64,000 bases of DNA from Camelus dromedarius (Eukaryota): contig NC_087437.1 in the NCBI RefSeq assembly GCF_036321535.1, positions 113,770,001 through 113,834,000 of the forward strand, given 5' to 3'. A model generated the notes under the pieces. It was given only the letters and a program-made list of their open reading frames with translations, was not told where the DNA came from and ran no database searches. Of the stretch, positions 63,582 to 64,000 are shown one piece after another (the first letter of the stretch is position 1; each line of letters begins with the position of its first letter). The translations under genes were made by a program, and so were the position numbers.

Positions 63582-64000
63582 GTAAGTTACCGCCGCTGTC
63601 AAAAATAGTAACAACAGGGTCTGGCATCTTGACACAACACTGCCTGGCGCTGGCTAAGCGCTCTGCACGGTAGCCAACAGAGAGGAGTATGCACGCATGC
63701 GCGGGGAAGGGAGGGTGTCCCTGGAGTTTTGGCTCAAACTGTGCATCAGGAGTCAGCCCTGTTGTAGTTTCTACTGCAGCAAAGAAAACTGGTGCCTCTT
63801 GACCCAAAGATCCGCCTGACCCTGATGGTCATTATATTTGACCCACTGCGGTTAGTAGCACTGATCGTGCCAAGGGAACAAATGAAGACTACAAAATTCA
63901 AAACAAGAGTAAAAGGGACTTTACAAAAGCACCAGCGTTAAGGCTCCTTCCTTTTCCCATATCCCCTCTTTTCTAGATTATTGGGTATCGTACATGCTCA

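Noticed and set aside
1-64000. Inferring a host-gene strand from repeat orientation
   Set aside because: Most L1s are on plus (suggesting a minus-strand gene) while most LTRs are on minus (suggesting a plus-strand gene). The signals conflict, so no strand is claimed.
1-64000. CRISPR arrays, prokaryotic operons, rRNA, NUMT, processed pseudogenes
   Set aside because: No spaced direct-repeat array, no dense coding region, and no recognisable rRNA, mitochondrial or mRNA-derived segment was seen. Free polyA/T runs lack upstream mRNA-like bodies.

Overview
This is non-coding, repeat-rich mammalian genomic DNA, most likely from a camelid (alpaca, llama or camel). The species call rests on three tRNA-Ala-derived SINEs that match the camelid Vic-1 type and on cetartiodactyl-type L1 3' ends. 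I could not support any protein-coding gene, functional RNA gene or CRISPR-like array. The ORF track is almost entirely chance ORFs or ORFs inside repeats. The only recognisable protein remnants are decayed ERV-L pol segments (RT, integrase, dUTPase; minus strand, about 19.5-22.8 kb) and decayed L1 ORF1 and L2 ORF2. Repeat family names come from recalled consensus sequences and need RepeatMasker confirmation; many boundaries are approximate. Five structures are not explained by the repeat list: (1) a ~140-bp inverted duplication at 37.8-38.4 kb that copies an L1 insertion junction; (2) an ancient ~480-bp direct duplication bracketing the ERV-L relic; (3) a recursive-splice-site-like motif on the minus strand at 14,090; (4) a probable L1 3' transduction inside the ERV-L integrase; (5) local GC/CpG-gain patches inside old repeats. 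A perfect Maf recognition element and several low-confidence exon and enhancer candidates are also reported. I found no evidence for a new multi-gene biological system.
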